In this document: positions 19,664 through 28,106 of the stretch, piece after piece
Layout: each line of letters begins with the position of its first letter
Numbering within the stretch: the stretch's first letter is position 1
IMG/VR virus record: IMGVR_UViG_3300037483_000264
Location: 1-50,206 of that record
Reading direction: 5' to 3' (one strand)
DNA length: 50,206 nt
Source: a virus
Taxonomy: Duplodnaviria; Caudoviricetes
Position numbers and translations under genes: made by a program
The notes under the pieces: model-generated
What the model saw: the letters and a program-made list of their open reading frames with translations, nothing else
Databases searched by the model: none
What the model was told of the DNA's origin: nothing

Positions 19664-20121
19664 CGACGCCTCTTTGCCGCCGACCGCATCATGAATCCGG
19701 CCGCGGTCAGGTTGATCGACACCTGGTCGAGGGTTGTGCAGATTGCGGTGGCCATCAGGAACATCAGCTCCGGTTCGCCCGGAGCCAGGAGGACGATCGT
19801 CAGCTTTCCGGCGCCAGCCGCCCACCCGAGCTCGAGCGACGCGCTGACCCCACAGGGCCGCACGTAGACGCAGGCATCGCAACTGCGTAGGGCGTCCATG
19901 TCTCGATTGAACCCGTCCTGCGCCACCGGGCTACGGAGGGCCTTGGCGAAGGCGGCCGGGTTCCAGCCCTGCCACTCAGGATCAATCTGCGACCATGCGA
20001 AGCCGGAAACGCCCGGCGCTGGATGGCGAAAGTCGTAGACCTCGTGGCCGTCAGCGCGCAAGCGCGCTACGACCTCCGGCTGCTGCGCGTTGCGCCAGGA
20101 GCTGGCGACGTAGATCTTCAT
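19660..20121 (-). CDS. Nucleoside 2-deoxyribosyltransferase-like protein
   Basis: MKIYVASSWRN...DMDALRSCD...SASLELGWAAGAGK. Confidence 0.8.
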   Translation of the reverse strand: MKIYVASSWRNAQQPEVVARLRADGHEVYDFRHPAPGVSGFAWSQIDPEWQGWNPAAFAKALRSPVAQDGFNRDMDALRSCDACVYVRPCGVSASLELGWAAGAGKLTIVLLAPGEPELMFLMATAICTTLDQVSINLTAAGFMMRSAAKRRR

Positions 20122-20366
20122 CGCCGTTGAACCGCCTCGGCGTGTGGCCTCGATGCGGTTGCGGCGAGCTCGCGCTGCGGCCGCGTGTGCGCCGCGGCAT
20201 TGCCATCGCGAAAGCCGGCCGCGTAAGCCGCGACTATCGCGGCGGCCGCGAGCGTGCAGATTCCTGGTTGCTGGAGTGCCCACTCGACGTCTGACGACAT
20301 CTCCAGGGCGCCGCCGGGCCCAATCGCCCACGCCAGCGCTTCAGCCCGCAGCTCGTCGTTGGTCAT
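20118..20366 (-). CDS. Small hypothetical protein
   Basis: ATGA overlaps at both ends. Confidence 0.55.
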   Translation of the reverse strand: MTNDELRAEALAWAIGPGGALEMSSDVEWALQQPGICTLAAAAIVAAYAAGFRDGNAAAHTRPQRELAATASRPHAEAVQRR

Positions 20367-20731
20367 GGCGTCAGCCGGAGAGCCTTCATCTCGGCGCGAA
20401 TGTCGAACCACTCGTCCTTGAGGTAGTTTCCGAGCTTCGCGATCTCAGACCAACTCGCCTCCACTCGAACGCTCTTCCCTTTGAGATCCTCCCACTTCGA
20501 GACGCCGACGACTTGAAGCACGCGACGGATGAGGAGTCCGCACGCAAGCGAGTCTTCACGCCGGCTGCTGGCGGTGTGCGGCATGGGCGAGGCGGAGTCG
20601 AGAACGTATCCACCGAAGCCCTGACCGCTGCCACCGTAGTCGAGGTAGATCATCGCGCTCAGGATGCCGTGGTCCTCATAGCCGAGCATTGTTCCAGTGA
20701 TGACTGCGTTCTTGATCTCGAACTTGTTCAT
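20363..20731 (-). CDS. Phage hypothetical protein
   Basis: GAAGGAAGG RBS before MNKFEIKNA; EDHGIL...GQGFGGYVLD...WEDLKG. Confidence 0.7.
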   Translation of the reverse strand: MNKFEIKNAVITGTMLGYEDHGILSAMIYLDYGGSGQGFGGYVLDSASPMPHTASSRREDSLACGLLIRRVLQVVGVSKWEDLKGKSVRVEASWSEIAKLGNYLKDEWFDIRAEMKALRLTP

Positions 20732-20889
20732 GGCTATCCCTTCCTTCGTCGCGAGTCGCAGAGTGATGCATCGTAAGCGTCGCGAAACGCGCACGCTACG
20801 GACGATGATGACTTGGCGGCGCGCGTCGCTCTCGCGGTCGGCTTCCGCAAGCTGCTTCTTGAGCTTCTCGACTTCGTTTTGCGGCTTGC

Positions 20890-21471
20890 TCATCGCGTCT
20901 CCTCTCGGGCCTTCGCAGCCGCGACCCGTTTGTCGATCTTCGCTTGGTCCTCGTGCAGTTGGCGGCTATGCCAGGCGATGCGACGCTCGGCATCCTTGAT
21001 CTCGCGGCGGTGATAACTGACCCTCCACGGGACAGACTTGCCGAGCATCTGACGACGGGCGCCCCAGGCGTCCTCTGCGTCGCGCTCGCATTTCGCGTGC
21101 AACTCGGCGCGTCGAGCCTCGGCCTCCTCGTGTGTCACAAACACGAGATTCTCGTTGAGCCGCGCATGGTCGTTGCCGAGCGCGATCTCCCACGTCCCGT
21201 CGTATTGCTTCATGCCGGTGACGATGCACTCGCGGACACTGGACACTGGTCCCCAGCGGTACACTTCGCCGGTCGGGCCATCGCACCCGCGTCCGCAGTC
21301 GTCGCAGGCGACCTCCTGTTGGCTCCCGTCGCCCAGGATCAACGTCACGATACGCTTGCCGAAACAGATCGGGCAGATGGTGCTCTCTCGTGCGTGCGCG
21401 CTCGCATAGACCTTGTAGACGGTCTGGCCGAAGGCGAACGGCGGTTCGATTTGGGCTTGCGTTTCGCTCAT
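20890..21471 (-). CDS. Zinc-finger protein (DnaJ-like CxxCxG motifs)
   Basis: CPICFGK...CDDCGRG; GAGG RBS. Confidence 0.65.
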   Translation of the reverse strand: MSETQAQIEPPFAFGQTVYKVYASAHARESTICPICFGKRIVTLILGDGSQQEVACDDCGRGCDGPTGEVYRWGPVSSVRECIVTGMKQYDGTWEIALGNDHARLNENLVFVTHEEAEARRAELHAKCERDAEDAWGARRQMLGKSVPWRVSYHRREIKDAERRIAWHSRQLHEDQAKIDKRVAAAKAREETR

Positions 21472-21582
21472 TGCTTCCTCCCGTCCTTCGTCAGTTTCTC
21501 CTCGACGATCGCGCGCAGCCCGTAGCCCGAGCACACCGCAAGGCGGCATCCTCGAGTTCGCCAGCGCTCGACAGGCCGCCGC

Positions 21583-21819
21583 TCATCGCGGGTCCCCGAG
21601 GCGCTCGAAACGCCAGCCGACGAGATCCACGACCGCTACCCCGGGTCCTTCCTGGTAGCCGCGGCGCCGGCGATCGGCGGACTCGGCCGTCGACCCGCGC
21701 AGCACGCCATCGCGCCACTCGACGAGCAGCTCGATCGAATCGCCGAGCGGCGACGTAGCGCGGTAGAGGCCGGGCGCGATCGTCCCGACCCCCGCCGGCT
21801 CCCTGGTTGCGGTCGGCAT
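21583..21819 (-). CDS. Small hypothetical protein
   Basis: TGATG coupling with the upstream gene. Confidence 0.5.
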   Translation of the reverse strand: MPTATREPAGVGTIAPGLYRATSPLGDSIELLVEWRDGVLRGSTAESADRRRRGYQEGPGVAVVDLVGWRFERLGDPR

Positions 21820-21968
21820 CAGGCCGCCTTCGCGTCGCGCGTGTGGTCGTGGTACGCCTTGCGGACCTTGTCGAAGAGGGCGTAGGCCGCCTTCCCCTCC
21901 TGGGTGGTGCGATCGACCAGCTCGTACTTCTTCTGCGCCAGCTTCTTCGCGCCGCGCTTCTTGCCCAT
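21819..21968 (-). CDS. 49-aa basic protein, possibly a truncated gene remnant
   Basis: AAGGGGAG-like RBS; YALFDKVRKAYHDHTRDAK resembles the start of phage metallopeptidase-like proteins but stops early. Confidence 0.4.
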   Translation of the reverse strand: MGKKRGAKKLAQKKYELVDRTTQEGKAAYALFDKVRKAYHDHTRDAKAA

Positions 21969-21970
21969 CG

Positions 21971-22318
21971 TCAGGCTCCCCTTTCCACTGGCCACCAGGT
22001 CTGCGCTGGTCGGCCGCTCCGCGTGCAGGTTCGCGGCTCGCCGGAGACGATCCGGCCAATCCGTTCGAGATCCGAGCAGCGGCGCTGCACTTCGACCGCT
22101 TCGCGGATGGTTGGGATATGCGCGTGAATCTCGCGGTAGGTGAGCCCGGGCTCGCGGCGCACCACCGTCTCGACGAGCTCGCAGTTCGTGCCGCGCTTCC
22201 CGCTGCGCGTGTGGTCGCGTCCCGCGGCGTGCGACGTCTGTGGGTCGCTGTTGCGGGAGATCGGCGGAAGGATTGGGGCCTCGGGGCCGAAGAGGTCGAT
22301 TTGCGGAGAGCCGCTCAT
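21971..22318 (-). CDS. Winged-helix DNA-binding phage protein
   Basis: SRNSDPQTSHAA...GLTYREI...RRCSDLERIG...SGRPAQTW. Confidence 0.7.
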   Translation of the reverse strand: MSGSPQIDLFGPEAPILPPISRNSDPQTSHAAGRDHTRSGKRGTNCELVETVVRREPGLTYREIHAHIPTIREAVEVQRRCSDLERIGRIVSGEPRTCTRSGRPAQTWWPVERGA

Positions 22319-22590
22319 GCAAGCCTCGCGGCAGCCACTTCGACCAGCTCGTCGACGATCTTGTTCAGGTCGTGAATCGTCCGCGCGATCGAGTTCAGCC
22401 AAGCCACCAGGGTAATTGGCGCATCGGGCCGCTGGCTGTGCACCACCTGCCGCCGCGCAACGAGCGGATGGCTGAAGCGCAGCTCCCCGCCGTGGTGCCC
22501 CTCTTCGACCATTCCGCCGATGTCTCGGCACGCCTGCTGCGCCTCGGCGAGGCTCATGCCGCGGTGGACGCGCGGGGTGGAGGCGATCAC
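22315..22590 (-). CDS. Small protein, possibly HicA-like fold
   Basis: GGELRFSHP...VVH..RPDAP pattern; coupled to both neighbours. Confidence 0.4.
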   Translation of the reverse strand: MIASTPRVHRGMSLAEAQQACRDIGGMVEEGHHGGELRFSHPLVARRQVVHSQRPDAPITLVAWLNSIARTIHDLNKIVDELVEVAAARLA

Positions 22591-23573
22591 GCGGCGGCTC
22601 CCACTATTTGACCGCACGCTCTGGCGGCTTCGGTCGCGTCGCCCTTGACGAAAACGAGCAGTTGCTGGTGGCTCTTGCCGAGCTTTCGACCGGCGGTAAA
22701 TTGTTTTCCGATGCGAACGGGGAGCGATCCGCAAGGCGTCACCAGGACCGCCTCGTTGTAGAAGCCGGCCCCTGCGGCGACGAAGACCGCGCAAGTGAAT
22801 GGAACGAAACCGCGGTAAAGCCCCGTCTTGGCATCGCGAAATTCGCCCACCACGAACGCGGCGAACCTGTTCTGTCTCAGGCGCTCCAGGGCTCCGACGA
22901 CAATGGACCGGTAAGCGGCACAGAACTCAGTCCACGCCATTGCGGAAAGGTCGCGTTCGTTGTCGCTGTACCGCTCCAGGTCGCCGTAGGGCGGACACGA
23001 AAACACGAAGTCTGCGAGCGGCGCGGTCGCTAGCGCCTTGCGGCTGTCGCCACACACGAACTCTGGCGCCGGTTCGCCGCTCGTTAGCATGGAAGCGGCC
23101 TGTGCTTCGTTTGCTGCAATCTGCTCCGGCCGGAGGTCGCAACCCCAGTACCGGTGCCCGCGCTTCGCTGCGACAATGCCGCGCACCGAACCTCCGGCGA
23201 ACGGGTCGAGCACCAGCCCTCCGGGGGGACAGAACCAACGATAGGCGAGCTCACAAAGGACCGGATCGAACACCGAAGCGCCGGTATTTCCCTCGGCAAC
23301 TCCACGCCAGCAGTCTCCTCCGGCGTAGTCGTCTCCCGCGCCGTAGGCCGCCGGGCGCGTGTCTTTTCCGTGCGGGCGTACCATGCCGCGGCCGATCTCG
23401 CCTTGAATGCCAAGGCTTAACCACGCTCGCTTGCGCTCTTGCCACTCTCCGCTCCGCGCATCGAGAACGCTGAACGGCGGAAACTCGAAACGCTTAGCAA
23501 GTGGGCCGCGACCCTTGGGACATACGGCGTCGCCAAATAGGTCGGTTCCGAAAAGAGCAAACGGCTCGCTCAC
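22587..23573 (-). CDS. Second DNA methyltransferase (SAM motif before catalytic motif)
   Basis: PPFSVLDAR..WQERK, SVFDPVLCE, LDPFAGGSVRG, SCPPY; GTG start overlaps the initiator stop. Confidence 0.88.
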   Translation of the reverse strand: MSEPFALFGTDLFGDAVCPKGRGPLAKRFEFPPFSVLDARSGEWQERKRAWLSLGIQGEIGRGMVRPHGKDTRPAAYGAGDDYAGGDCWRGVAEGNTGASVFDPVLCELAYRWFCPPGGLVLDPFAGGSVRGIVAAKRGHRYWGCDLRPEQIAANEAQAASMLTSGEPAPEFVCGDSRKALATAPLADFVFSCPPYGDLERYSDNERDLSAMAWTEFCAAYRSIVVGALERLRQNRFAAFVVGEFRDAKTGLYRGFVPFTCAVFVAAGAGFYNEAVLVTPCGSLPVRIGKQFTAGRKLGKSHQQLLVFVKGDATEAARACGQIVGAAA

Positions 23574-24556
23574 GCGGCAGCTCCTCGGGTCGCGGTGACG
23601 GCGGCCGCGGCCTCGTCGCAGCGCTGCAGCCACGTGGCGACAACCGCCTCGACTTCGGCGGCGCTGGCGCACTGTGCGGCGATCACCGCTTCGTCGTGGT
23701 CGTGGTCGGACAGGAGCCGCCACCCCGGGTGGTTGAGGAGCGTGGCGAGGGCGGCCTCCAGCCAGGGCGCTGGCTTCGGTACGGCCGGGGCAAGCGGCGC
23801 GGCTCTGCGAAGCGGCCGATTCCGGAAGCCGCCGTCGAGCAGCCACTTCGCCGGCTTGGGTACGTACCTGCCGCCGTCTTCGAGCCACTCGGGGCTCCGG
23901 GCTTGCTCGAGGATCGACTCGCGAAACTCGTCGAGCGGCGGTAAGAGCCGGCGAAGCTCGAACAGCGCCCGGCTCACGGCCAGCTCGTCGCGAAACCGGG
24001 GGTACGACTCGCACATCGCGTTGCGGTACGCCGCCAGGTCACCCTCCGCCGGGGCGCCGGCGGGCGAGGTGTCCTGCAGGGCTCTGGCAGTGACCGGGGC
24101 TCCGGTGTGCTCGGCGTCCTCGCTGCCCTCGCGCGCGGGGGCGCACGAGTCTTCGTCCGTTTCGTCCGTTCGTACGTTCGTTACGTCCGTAGCCCCACAC
24201 GTGCGCACATCGTGCTGCGCACGTGCGCGCCTCATGCGTTCGCGATTTCTCTCGCTACGGTCGATGAGGATGCCGTTGTGCTCGTACCAGGAGCGGACGC
24301 GGTACTCGCCATCGGCCCGCTCGATGAAGCCCGCCTTGACCATCGCCGACCACAGCTCGGAGGGCTCTCCGGCGTAGCCGACGATGAGGGCGAGCTCTGC
24401 TGCGTCGATATCCCTCAGCGAGCCGCCTGGACTCTGTTCGACAGCCCACAGCCACAGGCGGATCGGATAGAGCTCGGCGACTGGACCGAGCCTTCGGATG
24501 AGCCGCAGCGTCTTCCGGTGCCGCGGGTATTCGGACTGCAGGCGAATCCAGCTCAT
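23570..24556 (-). CDS. Phage replication initiator protein
   Basis: MSWIRLQSEYPRHRK...LWLW...GFIE...W.EHN N-terminal domain; C-terminal W..DGGRYVPKPAKWL. Confidence 0.78.
   Translation of the reverse strand: MSWIRLQSEYPRHRKTLRLIRRLGPVAELYPIRLWLWAVEQSPGGSLRDIDAAELALIVGYAGEPSELWSAMVKAGFIERADGEYRVRSWYEHNGILIDRSERNRERMRRARAQHDVRTCGATDVTNVRTDETDEDSCAPAREGSEDAEHTGAPVTARALQDTSPAGAPAEGDLAAYRNAMCESYPRFRDELAVSRALFELRRLLPPLDEFRESILEQARSPEWLEDGGRYVPKPAKWLLDGGFRNRPLRRAAPLAPAVPKPAPWLEAALATLLNHPGWRLLSDHDHDEAVIAAQCASAAEVEAVVATWLQRCDEAAAAVTATRGAAA
24152..24228. repeat. Iteron-like repeats in the initiator gene (putative origin)
   Basis: ttcgtccgt x2 plus degenerate copies to 24190; cacgtgcgc at 24198 and 24220; lies in the inter-domain linker. 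Confidence 0.5.
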
Positions 24557-24558
24557 AC

Positions 24559-24795
24559 CTACGCCACCCTCCGCACGAGCGACGGCCGCCCGCGGCGAGC
24601 CAGGAGCCACTCCTCGACGCCGACGCTCGAAGTCGAGCTGCAGCGCGGGCACGCGGAGCGGTGGCTGCCGTCGAAGATCGCCCCGCAGTCGAGGCACCAG
24701 GCGGCTGCGTTGGACGGAACGAACGCCGGCGAGAACTCGGCTGCACATACGGCGCAAGTCGTCGCCGGCGCTCCACAGCTACAGGTTCGTGCCAA
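24559..24795 (-). CDS. Small Cys-rich zinc-binding protein
   Basis: CSC, CAVC, CLDC and CPRC motifs; GGAGG upstream. Confidence 0.6.
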   Translation of the reverse strand: MARTCSCGAPATTCAVCAAEFSPAFVPSNAAAWCLDCGAIFDGSHRSACPRCSSTSSVGVEEWLLARRGRPSLVRRVA

Positions 24796-24830
24796 GCATC
24801 ACCTCCGGGCGAAAGGGTTACGGCGCACAG

Positions 24831-25292
24831 CTAGGCGGCACTCTTCAGAGCGATTCGTACCGTCGAGGTTTCGGAAACAACAACCTGTCCATGAACCGTG
24901 CGGTGGTGCGCGAAGCAGAGCCAGCGAACGGCCAACGGTTTCGAGTAGTCGTCGTGATGGGCTTGCACCCTGGTATTTCCACAAACCTCGCACGACAGCG
25001 GAGTCAGCGCGCCGGCTTCGATTGCCCGCTTGACGCGCTGTCTAGCCAAGTACTTCTCGGGGCTCCGCGAGCGTCTGCGCCTCTGACTGTCCAGCGCCGC
25101 TGCGCGTCGCTCTGGCGTTGCGTAACGTTCGCGCTCATAGGCTGAGTACTGAGACCGCTTTGCCGCCCGGTTGGATCGGACGTCTCGCTTCGTGCATTCG
25201 ATGCACTTTCCGAGACGACCACCACGCATCTGCGGGTGCCGGTAGAACTGCTCTACCGGCAGAACCCGCAGACACTTGAAGCAGGTCTTCAT
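24831..25292 (-). CDS. His-Me finger/HNH-like zinc protein
   Basis: KTCFKC...CIECTK...CEVCG...AHHDDYSKPLAVRWLC..HH..H. Confidence 0.75.
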   Translation of the reverse strand: MKTCFKCLRVLPVEQFYRHPQMRGGRLGKCIECTKRDVRSNRAAKRSQYSAYERERYATPERRAAALDSQRRRRSRSPEKYLARQRVKRAIEAGALTPLSCEVCGNTRVQAHHDDYSKPLAVRWLCFAHHRTVHGQVVVSETSTVRIALKSAA

Positions 25293-25885
25293 GCCACGAA
25301 AGCCAAGAGGGCGAAGACGGTCGGGAGCAGCACCGGGAGAGCAACGGCAAACGGGATATCCGAGTCGTCGATCTCCACTTTCGGCGCCGAGGTGTGCGCT
25401 CGCGGCGCCGTGTCACTCGGCTCGGCGCCCTCCTTGAGCCGGCGGCCGAAGAGCGCGTTCAGTTTCCGCGTCAGGTTGCCGTCCGTCTCGAGCGGCCGGT
25501 CCTGGCGCGGCGGCAGCGAGAGCTCCCACTGCTCGCTCGGCTGCCCGTTGTAGGGCTGGTGCTTGCACAGGCAGCGGACCTCGGAGCCGACCAGGTCGAG
25601 ATCCTCGAAGCGGTCGCCCTCGAAGCCGGCGTACCGGAGCTTCGCCATCGTGTAGTCGAGGCTCTCCTGGTTGTCCTCGACGATCACCAGGCGGACGGTC
25701 CGCTGGTAGTTGACCGACAGGCTCGACCGTCGCTCGACGATCTCGCCAGCCTCGTCGAGGTGGCTGTCGATCTTCTCGACCGGCTCGACCTTGAACACGA
25801 TCATCGGCCGCCCGGTCTTCGCGACCTGAAAGCCCTGCTCGACGACTCGGCAGGCGTAGGTGCCGATCTCGTAGGCCACGCTCAC
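25289..25885 (-). CDS. SSB-like (DUF669-type) protein
   Basis: GTGA overlap with the ATPase; GTY.CRV...AKTGRPMI; acidic DDSDIPF motif near the end. Confidence 0.7.
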   Translation of the reverse strand: MSVAYEIGTYACRVVEQGFQVAKTGRPMIVFKVEPVEKIDSHLDEAGEIVERRSSLSVNYQRTVRLVIVEDNQESLDYTMAKLRYAGFEGDRFEDLDLVGSEVRCLCKHQPYNGQPSEQWELSLPPRQDRPLETDGNLTRKLNALFGRRLKEGAEPSDTAPRAHTSAPKVEIDDSDIPFAVALPVLLPTVFALLAFVA

Positions 25886-26742
25886 TGGGCGGCCTCCTTC
25901 CCGGACTGCACCGCGGCGATGAAGTTGGTCCACGCCTCGGCGCCGGAGCGCCCGAAGTCGATTTCCTCCGGCAACCCGTGGCGGTTCTTGGCATCCCACG
26001 CGGCGTGCCGCTCGGTGTACATCACCCGCTGCTGGCCGCCGATGCCCTTCGTCCGCTCGCCCTTTTTCTCGACCGTCTCGGTGTGGAAGGTGGCGAACAG
26101 AACCATGTCGGCCCACTTGTGCGTCAGGCCCCAGGTCTTGTGGTGGAGGTCGACGGTGTAGCGGTCGTAGTCGGCGCCCTCGGGGTTCTTGAACGTCGCG
26201 ACCTTCGTGTGCGCGAGGCAGAGGATCGAGCACTTGCGCTCCTCGCGGATGCGATCGAGGAGCGTCAGGAAGAGGCGCCACTCGGGCAGCGCGACCTCGT
26301 AGCCGCGCTGGTAGCTGGCGAAGCCCTTCTCGCCCCAGTCGCCGTTGAACAGCGACTCGCAGACGTGCTCGTGACAGAGGCGCTCGAAGCCGTTCAGCGT
26401 GTCGAGCACGACCGTCTTGTACTTGTGGTCCTGGCCGCGCAGCGCCTCGAGCGTCGTCAGCGTCGTCTGCCAGTCCATGAGCTCGGGGAAGTGCGGCGTC
26501 TCCTTGAGTCGACCGGAGTCGATCAGCGTCTCGAGGCCGGTCTCTCCGCGAGCCATGAGGAAGATCGGCGCGGGCGCGTGGCCGGCGAAGGTGGTCTTGC
26601 CGACGCCCTCGACGCCGTGCAACACCACGCGATTCGGCAGCTTCTGTCCGGTCGCGGTGACGCGAGAGAGGAAGTCAGGCTGCGGGTTCGGAGCGCTCGT
26701 CGATCGCGTCGACCGAGGTGCGCTCTGCATCGGAATGGCCAT
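25882..26742 (-). CDS. Sak4-like AAA (AAA_24) recombination ATPase
   Basis: Walker A GVEGVGKTT; YKTVVLDT; LAH; WAD.VLFA; AKNR. Confidence 0.85.
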   Translation of the reverse strand: MAIPMQSAPRSTRSTSAPNPQPDFLSRVTATGQKLPNRVVLHGVEGVGKTTFAGHAPAPIFLMARGETGLETLIDSGRLKETPHFPELMDWQTTLTTLEALRGQDHKYKTVVLDTLNGFERLCHEHVCESLFNGDWGEKGFASYQRGYEVALPEWRLFLTLLDRIREERKCSILCLAHTKVATFKNPEGADYDRYTVDLHHKTWGLTHKWADMVLFATFHTETVEKKGERTKGIGGQQRVMYTERHAAWDAKNRHGLPEEIDFGRSGAEAWTNFIAAVQSGKEAAQ

Positions 26743-27790
26743 GCGGGGCTCCTTTGATGGAATGGGTGATCCACCACGCGGCGAGCGCCTCGTGCAGGAC
26801 CGACCCGAGAAACGTCGCTTCGCGCTCCTCTTCGCGCACGCGGCGAAGACCGAGCTCGTAGCGGTAGAGGTGCTTCCGACGGCAGAGTTGGAAGCACTTG
26901 ATGCGACTGTTCGTCAGAACGTCGAGGCCGCCCTCGATGCTCGGCAGCTCCTCGTGGACGTTGGCGATCCGCTGCCAGCGCTCGGAGGTGGGCTCGTCTT
27001 CGCCGCAACAGAGCGGCAGGTACTCGCACGGCGAGCCCCACGGCATGCAGGCATCCGCGTTGCGATACCAGGCGCCCTTGACGCGCGCCTCGCGGATCGC
27101 GTCGGCCATGGTCCAGAGCTCGCCGGCGTACTCGACCACCTCCGAGTCGAGCCGCGGGACCATGCGGCGCTGGTAGTAGCGGTCGGGGTTTTCAATCGTC
27201 TCGACGCCGAGCCGGATCGCGTAGAGTGCCGGGCTCTCGGTAGTCTGGCCGCGAATGACGGAGTCGTAGTCCTCGTCGAGGATCGGCTGCCCGCAGTACG
27301 TCACGTGCGAGCTGATCTCGCCGAGGTCGGCCTTTGTCAGCGTCTTCGGCCGGATGCCGGGCTTGCGGATGACGTCGTACAGGCAGCCGTCGAGCTGCAG
27401 GCCGGACTGCCACGCCTGCAGCATGTACTTGCTCACCTGCGAGTCGATCGTGAGGCGGCGCCAGTAGGTGGCGGTCGGATCGGCGATCTCGTCGCTCGTC
27501 GACTTGTGCTCGAGTAGGCAGAGCTTGCCGTGGCCTCGCGTGATGCCGTCGAACTTGCCGGCCTGGCGGAAGGTGCGCGACGAGCGGCCGGTCTCGGGGT
27601 TGACGATCTGCAGCTCGATCGTGCGCTCGGGCGGGCCCTCGAGCGACCAGGCGTCGTCGCTCCAGTGCGCGTCGTAGCCGACCATGAGGCCGCGCACCTT
27701 CGCGGCGACGACGAGCGCGTCTGGCGCGGACCCGGGCGGGACGGCCTCGTTGATGGCGCCGAGGGCGGCACGGAGAGCATCAGCGCCCAC
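26675..27790 (-). CDS. Cas4-like PD-(D/E)XK nuclease, apparently circularly permuted
   Basis: GKFDG...LLEHKS, Q...Y, C....SPCEYLPLC; next to the Sak4-like ATPase. Confidence 0.82.
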   Translation of the reverse strand: MGADALRAALGAINEAVPPGSAPDALVVAAKVRGLMVGYDAHWSDDAWSLEGPPERTIELQIVNPETGRSSRTFRQAGKFDGITRGHGKLCLLEHKSTSDEIADPTATYWRRLTIDSQVSKYMLQAWQSGLQLDGCLYDVIRKPGIRPKTLTKADLGEISSHVTYCGQPILDEDYDSVIRGQTTESPALYAIRLGVETIENPDRYYQRRMVPRLDSEVVEYAGELWTMADAIREARVKGAWYRNADACMPWGSPCEYLPLCCGEDEPTSERWQRIANVHEELPSIEGGLDVLTNSRIKCFQLCRRKHLYRYELGLRRVREEEREATFLGSVLHEALAAWWITHSIKGAPHGHSDAERTSVDAIDERSEPAA

Positions 27791-28106
27791 GGTCCACCCC
27801 CCGCGCGTCGCGCGCCCACCAGGTCATGAGCCGAGCCCAGAAGAGGACGACGAAGGCCAGGGCGCCGACGCAGAGCCATTCGTTGACATCCCAGAGCGGC
27901 GGAGAGCCGAAGAGTGGAAGGCCAGACCACGCCCCGCCAAGCCAGGCCCTATCACGCCCGGCCCCGTCCCGCCGCACCACGCCTTGCCGCGCCGCAGCCA
28001 GCCTCGCCCGGGCTCGCCCCACCAGGCCTTGCCCCGCCTTGCCCGACCAGTTCCCGCCTGACCCCGCCCTGCCATGCCGCGGCCCGCCCTGCCGCGCCCG
28101 GTTCAT
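27780..28106 (-). CDS. Possible 108-aa ORF spanning the array, with a C-terminal TM helix
   Basis: ATGA overlap with the RAMP stop; ends overlapping the nuclease start; WLCVGALAFVVLFW. Confidence 0.35.
   Translation of the reverse strand: MNRARQGGPRHGRAGSGGNWSGKAGQGLVGRARARLAAARQGVVRRDGAGRDRAWLGGAWSGLPLFGSPPLWDVNEWLCVGALAFVVLFWARLMTWWARDARGVDRGR
27921..28100 (-). ncRNA. Array of 36 phased NN-GGY pentamers; candidate guide RNA for the adjacent RAMP protein
   Basis: Plus strand parses as RCC-NN with no phase slip: 30/36 units have exact RCC and all 36 keep C at position 3. Begins 2 nt after the RAMP stop codon. Confidence 0.75.

Noticed and set aside
27921-28100. CRISPR array, simple microsatellite or G-quadruplex tract
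   Set aside because: There are no long repeats with spacers. The dinucleotides vary too much for slippage while phase is strictly kept. G4 potential exists but does not explain the 5-nt register.
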